This document shows positions 48,778 to 61,851 of a DNA stretch of 64,000 nt, one piece after another. How positions within the stretch are numbered: position 1 is the first letter of the stretch; each line of letters starts with the position of its first letter. This DNA is from Mobula birostris (Eukaryota), in contig NC_092402.1 of the NCBI RefSeq assembly GCF_030028105.1, positions 33,154,843 through 33,218,842 of the forward strand, read 5' to 3'. Made by a program: the position numbers and the translations under genes. A model generated the notes under the pieces. It saw only the letters and a list, made by a program, of their open reading frames with translations. It made no database searches and was not told the origin of the DNA.

Positions 48778-49345
48778 ATATAGAACATCAAACATAGAGC
48801 ATTACAACACAGTACCGGCCCATCAACACATAATGTTGTGCCAACATTTTAACCTTCTCCAAGATCAATCTAATATTTCCCTCCCAAATAAGCTTCCATT
48901 TTACTTTCATCCACGTGCTTACCTAAGAGTCTTTTAAATGTACCTGATGTATCTGCCTCTACCAACGACCCCGGCAACACATTGCACGTGCTTACCACCC
49001 TGTGTAAACAAAAACCTACCTCTGACATCCCAGGCCCTCTATTTCCCTACAATCGCCGTAAAATTATGCCCCCTCATATTCCCCATTTCTGTCTTGGGGA
49101 AAAAAGTCTCTGGCTGTCCACTCTATCTGTGTCTTTTATCATCTTATACACCTCTGTCAAGTCACCTCTCATCCTCTTTCACTCCAAAGAGAAAAGCCCT
49201 AACTCGCTCAATCTATCCTCATAAAACATGCTCTCTAATCCAAGCAGCATCCCGGGAAATCTCCTCTGCACCTTCTGTAAAGTTTCCACATCCTTCCTAT
49301 ATTGAGGTGAATCAGAATGCAAGAATCCAACTGTGGTCTAATGAC
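48778..49345 (-). mobile_element. Old CR1 3' fragment
   Basis: atagaacatcaaacatag tail; LYTSVKSPL is the antisense reading of RGDLTEVYK. Confidence 0.8.
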
Positions 49346-49559
49346 TAGCCATAAAAAGCAGCCCACTCGATTTAAGCAATACATTCAGTATTAAGTGTGG
49401 TGTTCACTACAATGCAAAAAAAACTAACATGCAGAGCACTTGCATTCAGAGTGGTCCTTTTACCCACCACTTTAATTCTCCATCCCACTTCTACTCTGAC
49501 CCATCTGCTTGTGGCCTCCAGCACTGTTACAATGCACAGTATAAACTTGATGGTTTTGA

Positions 49560-50296
49560 TGGTCCTTCCAGGTGAGGCGACACTTCACCTGTGAGTCGGC
49601 TGGGGTGATATATTGCGTCCGGTGCTCCCGATGTGGCCTTCTATATATTGGCGAGACCCGACGCAGACTGGGAGATCGTTTCGCTGAACACCTACGCTCT
49701 GTCCGCCAGAGAAAGCAGGATCTCCCAGTGGCCACACATTTTAATTCCACATTCCATTCCCATTCTGATATGTCTATCCACGGCCTCCTCTACTGTAAAG
49801 ATGAAGCCACACTCAGGATGGAGGAACAACACCTTATATTCCGTCTGGGTAGCCTCCAACCTGATGGCATGAACATTGACTTCTGTAACTTCCGCTAATG
49901 TCCCACCTCCCCCTCGTACCCCATCCGTTATTTATTTATATACACAGATTCTTTCTCTCTCTCTCCTTTTTCTCCCTCTGTCCCTTTGACTATACCCCTT
50001 GCCCATCCTCTGGGTTTTTCCCCCCTCCCCCTTTTCTTTCTCCCTGGGCCTCCTGTCTCATGATCCTCTCATATCCCCTTTGCCAATCACCTGTCCAGCT
50101 CTTAGCTCCATCCCTCCCCCTCCTGTCTTCTCCTATCATTTTGGATCTCCCCCCTCCCCCTCCCACTTTCAAATCTCTTACTAGCTCTTCCTTCAGTTAG
50201 TCCTGATGAAGGGTCTCGGCCCAAAACGTCGACTGTACCTCTTCCTAGAGATGCTGCCTGGCCTGCTGCGTTCTCCAGCAACTTTGATGTGTGTTG
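49560..50296 (+). mobile_element. 5'-truncated PLE (GIY-YIG ORF 49572-49898) with 14-bp TSD
   Basis: Near-identical to 8101-8839; TSD cttgatggttttga at 49546-49559 and 50297-50310. Confidence 0.92.
50199..50234 (+). ncRNA. Minimal hammerhead motif with mutated core (GAAA to AAAA)
   Basis: agtc-CTGATGA-a-ggg(tctcgg)ccc-AAAA-cg-TC-gact. Confidence 0.7.
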
Positions 50297-50474
50297 CTTG
50301 ATGGTTTTGACCTGTTTTTCTTTCTATAGTTGCTGTCTAACCTGAGTATCTCCAGTATTTCCTGTTTATATTTCAAATATCCAGCCAGTGAAGTTATAAA
50401 ATTCTGATTTCCAGTTGATTAGCACCCCAACCATTGCCCTCAACATTTATTTCCTTTATCATGGCTGCAGTTGA

Positions 50475-50725
50475 TGCAGTGTATATGATTTACAAAATAC
50501 ACTGCAGTTACTGGTGCAGACTGCTCTGACAGCAAACTCTGAATCTGCAACTTCAACCATCCAGAAGGACAAGGGCATCAGGTACATAGAAACACCATCA
50601 CCTGCAGGTTTCTCTCCAGGCTGTGCACCACCCTGCCTTGGAAATGTATCACTGGTCTTTCATTGTTGCTAGGTCTAATACTGGAGCTGCCTGCTAACAG
50701 CATCACAACAGTACTTTCACCAGAA
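50475..50725 (+). mobile_element. Old non-LTR retrotransposon 3' region (unclassified)
   Basis: Resembles LINE C-terminal coding sequence (aaaatacactgcag..agaaggacaagggc..tactggagctgcctgc); recalled similarity only. Confidence 0.4.
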
Positions 50726-52969
50726 TCCCTCCAACGTAGAATGTGTCTCACTGCCAGTTGTCGTTGTTGTTATTTCAGTTTCAGTTGTTATTTGCAATAT
50801 TTTTTTCTACCTCCAGAAGACCATTGCTCTTTAAAACACACAGGCCTGAGTAGGACCTGTGTGGGAAAGATGTGGTAGCCATGGTGATATCGATAGATTA
50901 AGGAGGCAATCATTTAGAGTTTGCAGTTTGGAAAGTTTTAATTCATTCACTTCTCTGAAATGATAAAACATAGCTGTAGGCTATACATCTGTGCATATCT
51001 GCTGGAAATATAACTTGGGGGTTGCATCGGAAGTGAGGTCTGTTGATTACTGTTTATCATGAAAAGAACATATACTGACCTGAAACAAGACCACTACAAA
51101 TTGGTAAATTGCTTTATTATTACATTTACTGTACCTCGGTACAGTAAATGGCATTCATTTAGATCACTTCAATACAGCAGTGTTTTGAGGTAACACACAG
51201 AACTCAATAACAGAGTGCAGAATTGTGTTACAGTTACAGAGGAAGAGCAGTTCAGACAGACAATAAGATACAAGGCCCTGACAAAGTTGATCGTGAGGTC
51301 AAGTGTCCATCTTAAGTAGCACTGGCTCTGCTGAAAATGGTATAGGATAATTTCAGCAGATTCTAGATTTATTCTGGCCTGATAGGAAGAGGATTCAATG
51401 TACTTCTTTGGGTTTATCAGTGACTTCTAAAAGGTACTGGTCGGAATATTTACAAAAGGTTACCAGTACTTAAAATGCCTAGAAAATAACAGTTGCACCA
51501 CTACTGAATTAGACTGTCAGGCTTAGATATTCTATTGACATTTCATATGTATTCAAATACCTTTCTCTCCTGATTAATACGTTCTTTGCAACTTTAGTTT
51601 ATAATGTTATTTTATTATTTATCTGCTAATCATCTATCAAAACGGCTTTGCCAATAGTCCTGTTGCAGAAGGATTTTTTCATTTATAATTAAGATGATGG
51701 CATCGACTTTCATAAAACGTCATTGAATGTGGTTCTGTCATTTATCAAATGACCAATATAGGTTCGAATAAATGGGAAGAATTTCATTGAGTAAATGGCA
51801 CCAGAAATCTATCAGTGCACCAGATCCCTTGAGCTTCGTATTGAGTGAATTTTAAATAAAGGTCATTTTCTGTATTTTTATGTTATGCATGCCTGACCCA
51901 TACAATTATAGGGTGAAATATTTACATTTTTCAGTTTCATCACATTTTAAGCATTACTTCAGGCACAGTTTTGTCTTACTTATAACCTAACTTCTTGATA
52001 TCGTAATTGCAATAACTGACGCAGCTGGCCTACAACTCTCAAACTATTAATGGAAACCATGTGGATCACAACTGATTGAAAACCTGGATTGTGCACATCA
52101 CTGCAGGTTTTAATAGAAATTCTCTATTATCTTCATCTCTATCTCCTCAGCATTTAGTTCTGTGTGCTGTGCAGCAGTAAGCTCTAGACAATATGTACCT
52201 TTCACAGTGTTCCAATACAATTTACAGCTTACACAATTAATATCTTATGATATCCTTAATGCTGTAAATAAATAATAACTAATCAGTATAGAGTACAATT
52301 AGACCCTATTTATTAAAACTATTCTTCACTTTCCTTATGGACATGACCTTTTAATAAATACTAATTTATCCAACAATATGGAAGGTTCAATGGGTCTGTA
52401 TTGAGTACAATTGAAGACATATCACCAGATCAATTATTAATTTACAAGTCTTTTTCAATCAATAAAATGATAGAGGAAGGCATCAATAGTGGCCTCAACA
52501 GCACCTACCATCTGTTGTACCTTTGGCAATCAATTTCCTTCCAAAATCAAAATATTATTAATGGCTCCATTGAATTCCATTCCATTTACTTTTTAATCAT
52601 AATTACATGGGTAAACACAAGGCAATAGCAGATTTTTTTTAAATTGTGAAACTTAAACTTATTAAAACCAGGTAAGAATTGCATAGGCAAAGCAAAATAC
52701 AGCCATCAGTCTCTGAATTTTAATGAAATCAGTTCTGTCAGGGGCACCACTATCAATATATTGAAAGTTAGTGCCGACAAAATGCTTTGAAAATTATTCC
52801 AACCAGAATCTAAACTACAAACGTTTGTAGATAAACTACATCAAAGTCAGTAAAGGCAGATACTACATGTTGAGTTGTCATTTTACTTTTCCATATATCT
52901 GTGTCATTTATAAAATTCAGGTCAGAAGTATAAGGGGAATTCTGAGCAATCTTTTAATCTTAAACGGTC

Positions 52970-53545
52970 CCTCAGAATTGAAAATGACTTGCTTCCACTC
53001 CATTTCTGTGGATTCTGGGGTGGTTGATGAGGTCATTGTGGAACCCATTGACTCTGACACAGTTGGGGCAGAAAATGCCCAATGGGACAGGCAAATAGGT
53101 TGTTTGGAGCTGCTGCTCTCCTTCAGCCTTTATATTGAATTTTTGTGTGATCCGGACAAATGATCTTGAGGTTCTCAATGCCATCTTGAACAATTCTTTG
53201 TTCTGAGTGGTCAAGGGTAAGAGTAGATGGATAAACTTTGAGAACATTCTTGAAACAATTCCTCTTGTTAATCCCTTGCTGTGATGAAGTTCTGAGTGGA
53301 ATATCTGTCTTGTGTGCCTGATATCCGATATGCAAAAGATGTGGCCCACCCATCAGACCTAGCTGATCATAATTAAGGTCTTGGTGCTGGAAGTAGACAA
53401 TGATATTGGCTTGCTTACTCCACCAGTGGATTCGGAGGGTTTTGCTGAGGCATCTTGGAGTAATACTTCTCCTGTGTTTGAGGTTTCTGTTGTAATCTAC
53501 ATCTGTAAAGTCAGTGGGAGGCCAGAGAGAACTACTTTGTGCCAT
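52970..53545 (-). mobile_element. Old RTE 3' fragment
   Basis: RCLSKTLRIHW, GHIFCISDIRHTRQIFHSEL parallel the RTE C-terminus at 9999-10619. Confidence 0.7.
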
Positions 53546-53756
53546 GTTTGAGATATGGATCTCTGCACTATTCCCCCACTCCTGTCATTAACCTCCCTTT
53601 GCTGCCTATTCCTTTATCAGACTGCAAACTCCCACTTTTCTAGATTGAATTTGTTGTTTGTGACCAACTGACTAGACCAATTAAGGTTCGTGCAGTCTGA
53701 AGCTTTTGTCCTCACTGTCAGCCACACAACATTTTTTGCATGATCTGCAAAGAACT

Positions 53757-54075
53757 GTAGTGGAGGTTGGTTGTAGGGGATTCGTAGCCTGTTCCTTAGT
53801 TAGAGCCTTCAGTATTTTGGGCATCGAGGGAGAGAGGAAGAGGAGAGCCATCCGCAGTACCACCGATGCGGCAGAGAGGGCCTCAAGATGGCTGTGGCTC
53901 AAAAGAGGGGAGCCATGGAGTCATAAGTAGCTAGCCATCTGGACACAAGCTGGGGTCTGATCAGCCCCGGCTGGGTCACCTGGAGGAGGTTGTATGATGT
54001 TGAAAGACCCAAAACACCCGATGATTCCAGGAACATCACTGAAGATGTGTCCAGAAGCATCAGTAGATGTATGTA
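53757..54075 (+). mobile_element. Hero-like (RLE-type, R2 group) non-LTR retrotransposon 3' end
   Basis: VEVGCRGFVACSLVRAFSILGI...AERASRWLWLKR is the C-terminus of the restriction-like endonuclease typical of Hero elements, followed by a structured 3'UTR. Confidence 0.75.
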
Positions 54076-54567
54076 CACAGCCTACCCTGTATCTCCTGCT
54101 CAGTAATGGCTTCCTAATCACAAAGCCGTCCATTAACCATTCCCGTTTGTTATCCCCCACTGAGCTAATTTTGTATCCAACTATCACTCTCCCTTGTGTC
54201 CCACTGAGCAGCCTGTATGTTGTAGCAGCAATTGGAGCTGTAATTGGCTTAATATCTAGCATTAATGTTGCATTTCCTCTGCAATATTTGTGAGGTACTG
54301 TACATGGCAAAAATTTATCACACTTACCTCTTGGATCTTGAACAATGCAAAAGCAGAATGGAATTGTACCACTACATCAACGTGGAAATCTATTGCCTTT
54401 CTCTTGTGATTGAGTTGACTCACCAAAATATTGTAAGTGGCATCAGTTCTGGAATTTCAGGTATTATCTTGGGCCAAACAGTGACGACAATAAATGCAGT
54501 CATCATTGATGGCTTGAAGACAAATAGAAGCACGAACTAATTAAGAGCTACAAATCCCAACAACCAT

Positions 54568-54824
54568 AAACTCTTCTCAGGCTTCCAGCTGGGTCCAGGT
54601 GTCAATTTTAACCTATGCTGTGATTCAAAGTAACGAATATAGCGAGGAACTTCCTCCTCATAGAGGTAAGTGAAAAAGGGTCTTATCTCTATGGGAAGGA
54701 AGTCCACTGCAATATTCCTTTCTTCGAATCATTATGTAGGTTAAAATTGACACCTGGACCCGACTGGAAGCCCAAAAAGTGTTTATGCATCTTATACACC
54801 GGGAAAGCACTAGAACCTTTTTCT
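54568..54824 (+). mobile_element. Fold-back mini-element (second lineage, probably PLE-derived) with 10-bp TSD
   Basis: Inverted arms include 54580-54615 / 54737-54772 (34/36 identical); ~38-nt unpaired tail; TSD caacaaccat at 54558-54567 and 54825-54834. Confidence 0.8.
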
Positions 54825-54899
54825 CAACAACCATGTTTTTAGAACCCAACCTGTCTGTGGATTTTGTTTGTTGTCAAGCTCCTTTGCTCTGTGTGATGA

Positions 54900-55848
54900 A
54901 GATTCCCCTCATGTTCCCCTGAAGAGATGACCTCTGGTTATACTCCCAACCAACCTCAGTGGAAGAAACACATACAAAATGCTGGTGGAACACAGCAGGC
55001 CAGACAGCATCCATAGGAAGAAGCACAGTCGATGTTTCAGGCCGAGACCTTCATCAGGACTAATGAAGGGTCTCAGCCTAAAACGTCGACTGTGCTTCTT
55101 CCTATGGATGCTGTCTGGCCTGCTGCATTCCACCAGCATTTTGTGTGCGTTGCTTGAATTTCCAGCATCTGCAGATTTCCTCGTGTCTCAGTGGAAGAAG
55201 CCTGCTTGCATTTACCCTATCTATACCCCTCATAATTTTGTATATTTCCATCAAAGCTTCTCTCAATCATCTACATTCTAAAGAATGCAGTCCTAACCCA
55301 TTCAATCTTTCCTTCTAGCTCAGGTCCTCCAGATCCAGCAACTCTTTCAAACTTATTTACATCTTTTCTGTAGGTAGGTGACCAAAACTGCACATAATAC
55401 TCCAATTTAGGCCTCACCATCAACTTATACAACTTCAATGTATCATCCCATCTTCTGTACTCAATATTTGATTTATGAAGGCTAATGTGCCAAAAGCTTT
55501 CTTTATGACTCTATCTACCTATGATGCGACTTTCAATGAATTATGGATCTGTATTCCCAGATCCTTTTGTTCTACCGCTCTCCTCAGTGCCCTACCACTC
55601 ACTGTGTTAGATCTATCCTGGTTGGTCCGACCGAAGCGCAACACCTTGCACTTGTCGGCATTAAATTTCATTTTTCATTTTTCAGCCCATTTTCCAGCTG
55701 ATGCAGATCCCTCTGCAAGCCATGATAGACTTCCTCACTCTCCACTACACTCCCAGTGTTGGTGTCATCCGCAAATTTGCTGATCCAGTTAACCACATTA
55801 TCATCCAGATCATTGATATAGATGATAAACAACAAAGAACCCAGCACC
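54900..55848 (-). mobile_element. CR1 3' fragment interrupted by a fold-back element
   Basis: Reverse complement of CR1 RT end/C-terminus (gtcatccgcaaa = FADD; accaaaactgcac = VQFW). Confidence 0.85.
54968..55186 (+). mobile_element. PLE-derived fold-back mini-element with two head-to-head hammerhead motifs and 13-bp TSD
   Basis: Arms ~54968-55055 and ~55063-55151 are near-perfect reverse complements; tail gcttgaatttccagcatctgcagatttcctcgtgt; TSD ctcagtggaagaa at 54955-54967 and 55187-55199. Confidence 0.9.
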
Positions 55849-56117
55849 TGGAGGCAAGGGATTATTTTTTGCTTCCAGAACCTTCTTTACCCTTTCTAAT
55901 GGTAAGTATTGAATAATAAAAAACGTTCTTTTTATCTTAACCATTTCATCCCGACATGTAAATTTCCCACTACTCTATTTCCCCATGCTCCACTTAAAAA
56001 TGTTAACTCCACTACAATGCAATGAAACACCATTCTAAGTTCCTGCCTGAGACTGTTATTAACTGTCCCAAGGTTAGGTACCTCTGTAGTGCATTTATTG
56101 CCTTATAACATTTGTAG

Positions 56118-56330
56118 ACATAGAACAGCACAGAAATAAGCCCTTTGGCACGTCTAGTCTGTGCTGAACTATTATTTTGCCTAGTCCCATCAACCTGTAC
56201 CTGGAAGATAACCCTTCATACACTTCCCATGCCCATTCTTATCCAAACTTCGCTTTAATGTTGAAATCAAACCTGCAGCCACCATATCTGCTGGCAGCTC
56301 ATTTCATACTTTCATCATCATCTGAGTAGA
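56118..56330 (-). mobile_element. CR1 3' tail fragment
   Basis: Similar to 42830-43040. Confidence 0.75.
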
Positions 56331-59300
56331 AATTCACTCAGAGTGTGGTAAGTGTTCTTACTTAAAAGTTGTTGCTTAATATTACCTTAAGTTTGTTGCT
56401 GTTCCAGATGTGTTTAGTTCCTATTAAACTTCAGTTGTACTAAGCACTAATGTGCCACAGATTCAATTTTGGCCATTAATTTTTCTACATCAGTGAAGTG
56501 GCCAGAATGTCTTTCCAGCCATATACAGGAATCCTGATTTATTTCTTCTCAGGGTATATACAGACATTGTATTTGAGCTTTGAAGTGTTCCCTGCAATTA
56601 AGGAGTGCTGATCTTTTTGGAATTCCTGAGCGAATTACTCTTTTAATGTCTTTGTGGCAGCTATAAAGTGAAGAATCCACAATCATAAATAGGTCTGTTC
56701 AAATATCTTCTTCCTGTTTTTTTTGAAAACCCAGCAAACTTCGGACCAGTTGTGTGTTATGGGATACTCCTGGTCAGAAAGTAGAATTACAAAATTATTG
56801 ATAATGTTTGGTTTAAAATTTTAAGCCAAGTGCAAAGCTTGATATTTTTCTTTGTTAATTACCAATTTAAAATCAGAGGTAAATCTTAGCAGAACGTTGT
56901 TATTTGCTGTTGCCTTGCTTTATGTACAACCAACATGGATGAGCCAGATCCCACCCTCGCCTTTAATAATATCTATGGAAACAAGTAAAGAACACAGTCT
57001 TCATCCTCTCAGCACCCAATAATTTCCCACTGCCTGTCTTATGTTCCAAAGGCATTCTTATGAGGGACTAAAATTAAGAGTGGAGGTCCAGGGAGGGACA
57101 GCAAGTTCATCATTTGTACATATAAGAGGCTTAACACCTGTTTAGGCAGCTGTCTGGATCTCTTGGGGCAACTTGTTGATCATAAACCTATACTTTAAAA
57201 ACAACTAATCTTTATTTTCAGTTCTCCCTATAGTGAATTGGCATAGGTTAAAGAATATTGTCAATTCAAGGAGTTGAGTATGGGTTTAGACTGTTCTCCT
57301 CAGCCATTTTAAACAAAGTATTGAGTGAGCAACTATATTATGGCAATGCATAACAAGCGAATATAGCTCTACTAATGCTGAACCATGACCTGTTGGGACA
57401 AGGCACATGCTCAACATAATCAATTCAGTCTGCATCAGCCCATAGCTGCTGATTAACATGGCCATTAATAAACATTTCCTTTGTCTCATCACCATCAAGC
57501 TATGTAGCAACAGTTGTCAGTGAAAATCCCTCAATCCCTCATTTATATTCACCAGCAGAAAAAGTGAATTCTGAGGAATTTGCAGTGGCAAGTTTATTTA
57601 ACACCATTTGAGACTTCGATTAAGAATTAAATGGTCTCATTTTCAAAAATAATTCTGAGCCTGCTCGGAAAATGTATATTGACCTAAAAAGGCAAATGAA
57701 CCTTATATATACGGTGCATCCAAGTTTATTTCTTCTGTGGAGATCAGAGATGGTGACTGGATAAACTGGTATTCTCCTTTAGGCCAAACATGGCACCATG
57801 ATCAGCTAATAAGGCATTAAACAAGGGTGTGAATTTGAGATTGACATTGTTTAGATAATGGAGTAGAAGATTATGCAGTCCATTTCTCAAGAGGCAGATT
57901 GATGGAGTACATATCATCAACTATGGCTGCATTATCCTTTCTCTGCACAATGAACTGACATGGAACACAAATTTTATTGGATTAATTTTTGGTCATGTAA
58001 GCTAATGCTGAACTAAAATATTTCCACCAAGTATTCTGCAGTGGTTTGAAATAGATTTTACCTTTTCTCCAAACTGTGCTGTGCCTGATGGTTCCTAGAA
58101 AGATGATTTTCAGACATGAGGCTTATCCCTGCAGCCTTTGGTAGAGTAGTGGCAACTTCAGAGCAAAAGTTGACAATATTTACATTTCCTCAGTGGTGTG
58201 AAGCTAAATATATAGCAGTGTGTTTCTCTAGAGCTGTACGTGGAGTTCTTACTATAATTAGCTCCAAATTTAGGGATTGGAAGCACTGGATTAAGTGGAA
58301 GCATTCCTTTCCACTGGAGTTTCTCTGGAAGTTTCCTCATTATCCTTTGGTGGATTCCCATTTTACACAGGAGTCCTGAAGAGATTCTCTGTATATTCAT
58401 GCAATGACTTCTGACTTAGGGCAATGTATAGAAATTACACATGAATTTCATTAATCAAAGCCAAGTATACTGGTATTATGTTATTTTGTTATAGTTTTTA
58501 GTGTTCATGATCATCTTTCATTGTTACTTCCAGCCAGAGCATAGCTTTCTCCCTGCATGCTCCTAGACAACCCTATCCTGCAGCAACAATAAAGTCAGTG
58601 CAGGCCCAAGACTGTGATGGTTGAGGCTAGCCTCAAGTGTGTTTGAAAGATGCAATGTTCAGAAATATATCATGTGCTTTTTTACATTTAGTAGACTATT
58701 TTGTCTCAAGAGTTCAAGTTTTTTTGCTTGACTTGTTAAAGCAAGAAATGAATCAGCATAAATCCAATTTCCTGTGTCAATTGAATGAATAATAGATGTC
58801 CAATACCACAATTTGACTCAAGTGATAACAGAAATCACAAGCCAAGGATCAGCAATTATCAAACCTAGATGAGATCACCACAAAACCGATTTATAAAGCC
58901 AGTTTGTTTCCTCCTTTCATTGCTTATCTTGGTTAATGTTTATCATTCTTCCTTTGATTTTTTTTTAAAGTTTGAATGTGCATCTATGTGACTTATAAGT
59001 TATCAGTATGAACTTTAGACATGAAACGCACAGAAAGTGGGTAGTCCTGGAACGAATTCCCTGTCAATGATTGGGTCAAATGAATCCAATTCCTAAAATA
59101 AGCTCAATATTACCATTTGTAATGGTGTACTGTAGAATAAACTGTCAGCTTAAGCATCAACTGTTTAAAATAAACTTGCTTGGGTAATGCCGCACATTCT
59201 ATGTACTTGATCTTACACATTAAGTCAAACAAGATGAAATTACATTGTGAATGGAAACTTCTTTCTTGAAACCCTGTACTGCTTTTTGCTTAACCAGATT

Positions 59301-60984
59301 CAAAATGCTGGAACTGATTTCCCTGGAGCCCAGGAGGCTGAAGGGGTAATCTTATTAAGGTTTATAAAATTATAAGGGGCAGAAATAGGGTAGATAGTCA
59401 CAGACATTTTCCCAGGATAAGGGACTCTCAAACTAACAGGCATGCACAATTTCTTGGCAAGTGACTTTTAAAAGTTACTTTTGGATTCAAAGGAAACAAA
59501 CATTTTGGCATTGGTACAATGCTGGGCAACATCTGTAACCAAGGGTGACAATAGGTTTTGTTTATATGTCTTTTAAAATTATGCAACATATGTCGGAAGC
59601 ACCTCTCCGTGGTTCAGCTACCTTGAATATTTGTAAGGCTTAATTGTTAACAAAATGTTATAGTAATTTGTATTCCTCGAGGAAGAAGAAGATGAATGAC
59701 CACTTTAATTCATTTTTGATTTACAGGAAAGATATTGGTCAGGGCCCAAAGTAAATTGACTTTATTGTGTTAGGAATTTCTAACTTACATTCAAATGAGA
59801 AAGCCAGATGGGCCTTAATATACAGTAACATAATCCAAAAGAGAGACATTTTTTGGGAAGGCAACTTTCACTATTGCATTGGAGGAGTTTGTATTTCTAA
59901 TATTGTTAGCCTCAAGTTAACTAGCACTAAGTGATAGTTTTAGAGCTAAATGCACTGATAAGTTGTAGCCATTATGCTTTTCATTTGCTTAAGGAAATCC
60001 TAAACAATTTCTTATTTAGTTTGCTGGATATCTGAGCATTTTAAGTCAAAACTTCTCTGCAAGATTCACTTCTGCCATTTCTGTTTGTGATCCTAAAATA
60101 AGAACTGGCTTTGGACAGTAAAGTACTATGTCAGAGGTCAGTAAATATCCTTTAGCTTTATACCTTGTGTCCTAATATGCCATCAGATTATGTGGATATG
60201 CTAAAAACAATCACTAACTATGTGATGCATGTTTATTTTTTGCTCTTGCTTCCTTGTTAGTGCATTTTGATAAGTATAACCTTTATGTTCCCTTGAACAA
60301 GGGTAGAGGGGTTGCTTATTAGCAACCTGTCAGGGAAGTACACTTAAGACAACACCAGCACAATCTCAAGTATTTTCACTATTTCCTCTATCCTACCATT
60401 GACTGAAGTTTGGGAAAATTTTTTTTCATCTGGATCTCAACTTCAGAATTTTTGATGAAAATAAAACTCTGGCCTCACGGGGACAAGAGTAGACAACTCA
60501 TGTTCATTAACTCAGTTGCAGTGCTTTTCTTGGAAAGGAGTTTATCTAAGGTCCACTTTGCATTGACTATTACAAACTGATTTTGGCATCAATGTTACTC
60601 CAAGGAGGAACTTATGATTGCACATTCTTGCTGCTTTTTCCAATGAGAGAACACTTCCAGCACAAGATATGTGGAGAAGTCAACAGTTTAAATTCTTCAT
60701 TCTGTTGTTGATTAGTGATTAGCTAAAAGTAATGAAGGAAATGCTTTGGTTGTTTGCAGCCACCCTAGACTTGAAATAATCTAGCTGCAATTTGTAATCA
60801 TATAATTGCTAAGAAGAAGGCCTTGCACTCATTGAGTCCTTATCAGCTCTTTGAAGGGCCATCCATTTAGTTCTATTTCCATGCACTTTTCTATGACTAA
60901 ATTACTTTCCATCAAGTGTCTATCTAATTCCCTTTCAAAAGGTCCTCCACCATCCCAACAGACAGTGAGTTCCAGATCAAATGG

Positions 60985-61440
60985 TTTCAAATAGTTCTGA
61001 TTATTATCAGAGAATGTATACAATATACAACCTGAAATACTTGTCTCACAGACATCCAGGAAAAACAGAAGAACCCCAAAAGAATGAATGACAGAAAAAC
61101 GGTAGAACCCCAAACCCCCCCCCCCGCCTCCTGTGCAAGCAGCAGCAAAGCATCGACCCCAGGCCCATTTCAGCAAAAAGCGTCAGTGCCCACCACCCAC
61201 CAAGCAACAGGACAGCACCCAAAGAGAGACCATGAACTGCAGTTCACTAATGAGACAGAGAGATGCCAGCCATTTCACCATGAAAAGTGAGACTGACAGT
61301 CACCATTACACTGTTATAGTCTGCCATGTTGCTTTTTATTCCAAGATCCTTTGACTTGAGAATTGGCAGCAAACTCTCCCACCATCGAGAGAAAGAGAGA
61401 CAGAGTGCAATCACTCGACTATAGAGACCTCTGTTCAGAC
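60985..61440 (-). mobile_element. Unclassified repeat related to 47690-48378
   Basis: ttattatcagagaatgtatacaatatacaacctgaaat...aaaacagaagaaccccaaa...ccccaaacccccc mirrors the tail of that element. Confidence 0.45.
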
Positions 61441-61851
61441 ATCATAAGCACTCACTGCATTCAAAAAAAATCTTTCTTCAGATTCCTCCCTATATACTAA
61501 TTTATTTTTGTTTACAACTCAGTGCTTTAATAATGGAAACGTTAAGCTTTGAGTACCTGTAAAGCTTTTCTAAAATCTTTTCGGACATTCACACACACAC
61601 ATATATAGCACATCTGCAGCCCACACATCATCATTGTACTCTGTAACTACAACTTCTCTTTAAACCACAACGCCACAGTAGCCTGCTGCTTCTGTTAACA
61701 ATGTCCTTATAGCAGTGGAAACAAGGGAAATATCAACATTGAGAAGGTTCTTTCTTCAATTAAACAAATGGCTCCAAGATTTCAGAGGTGATTTATTGTA
61801 TATTGAGGGCATTTCCATAAAGAAGCACTTTCTGGTAAAATAATACTCTTC

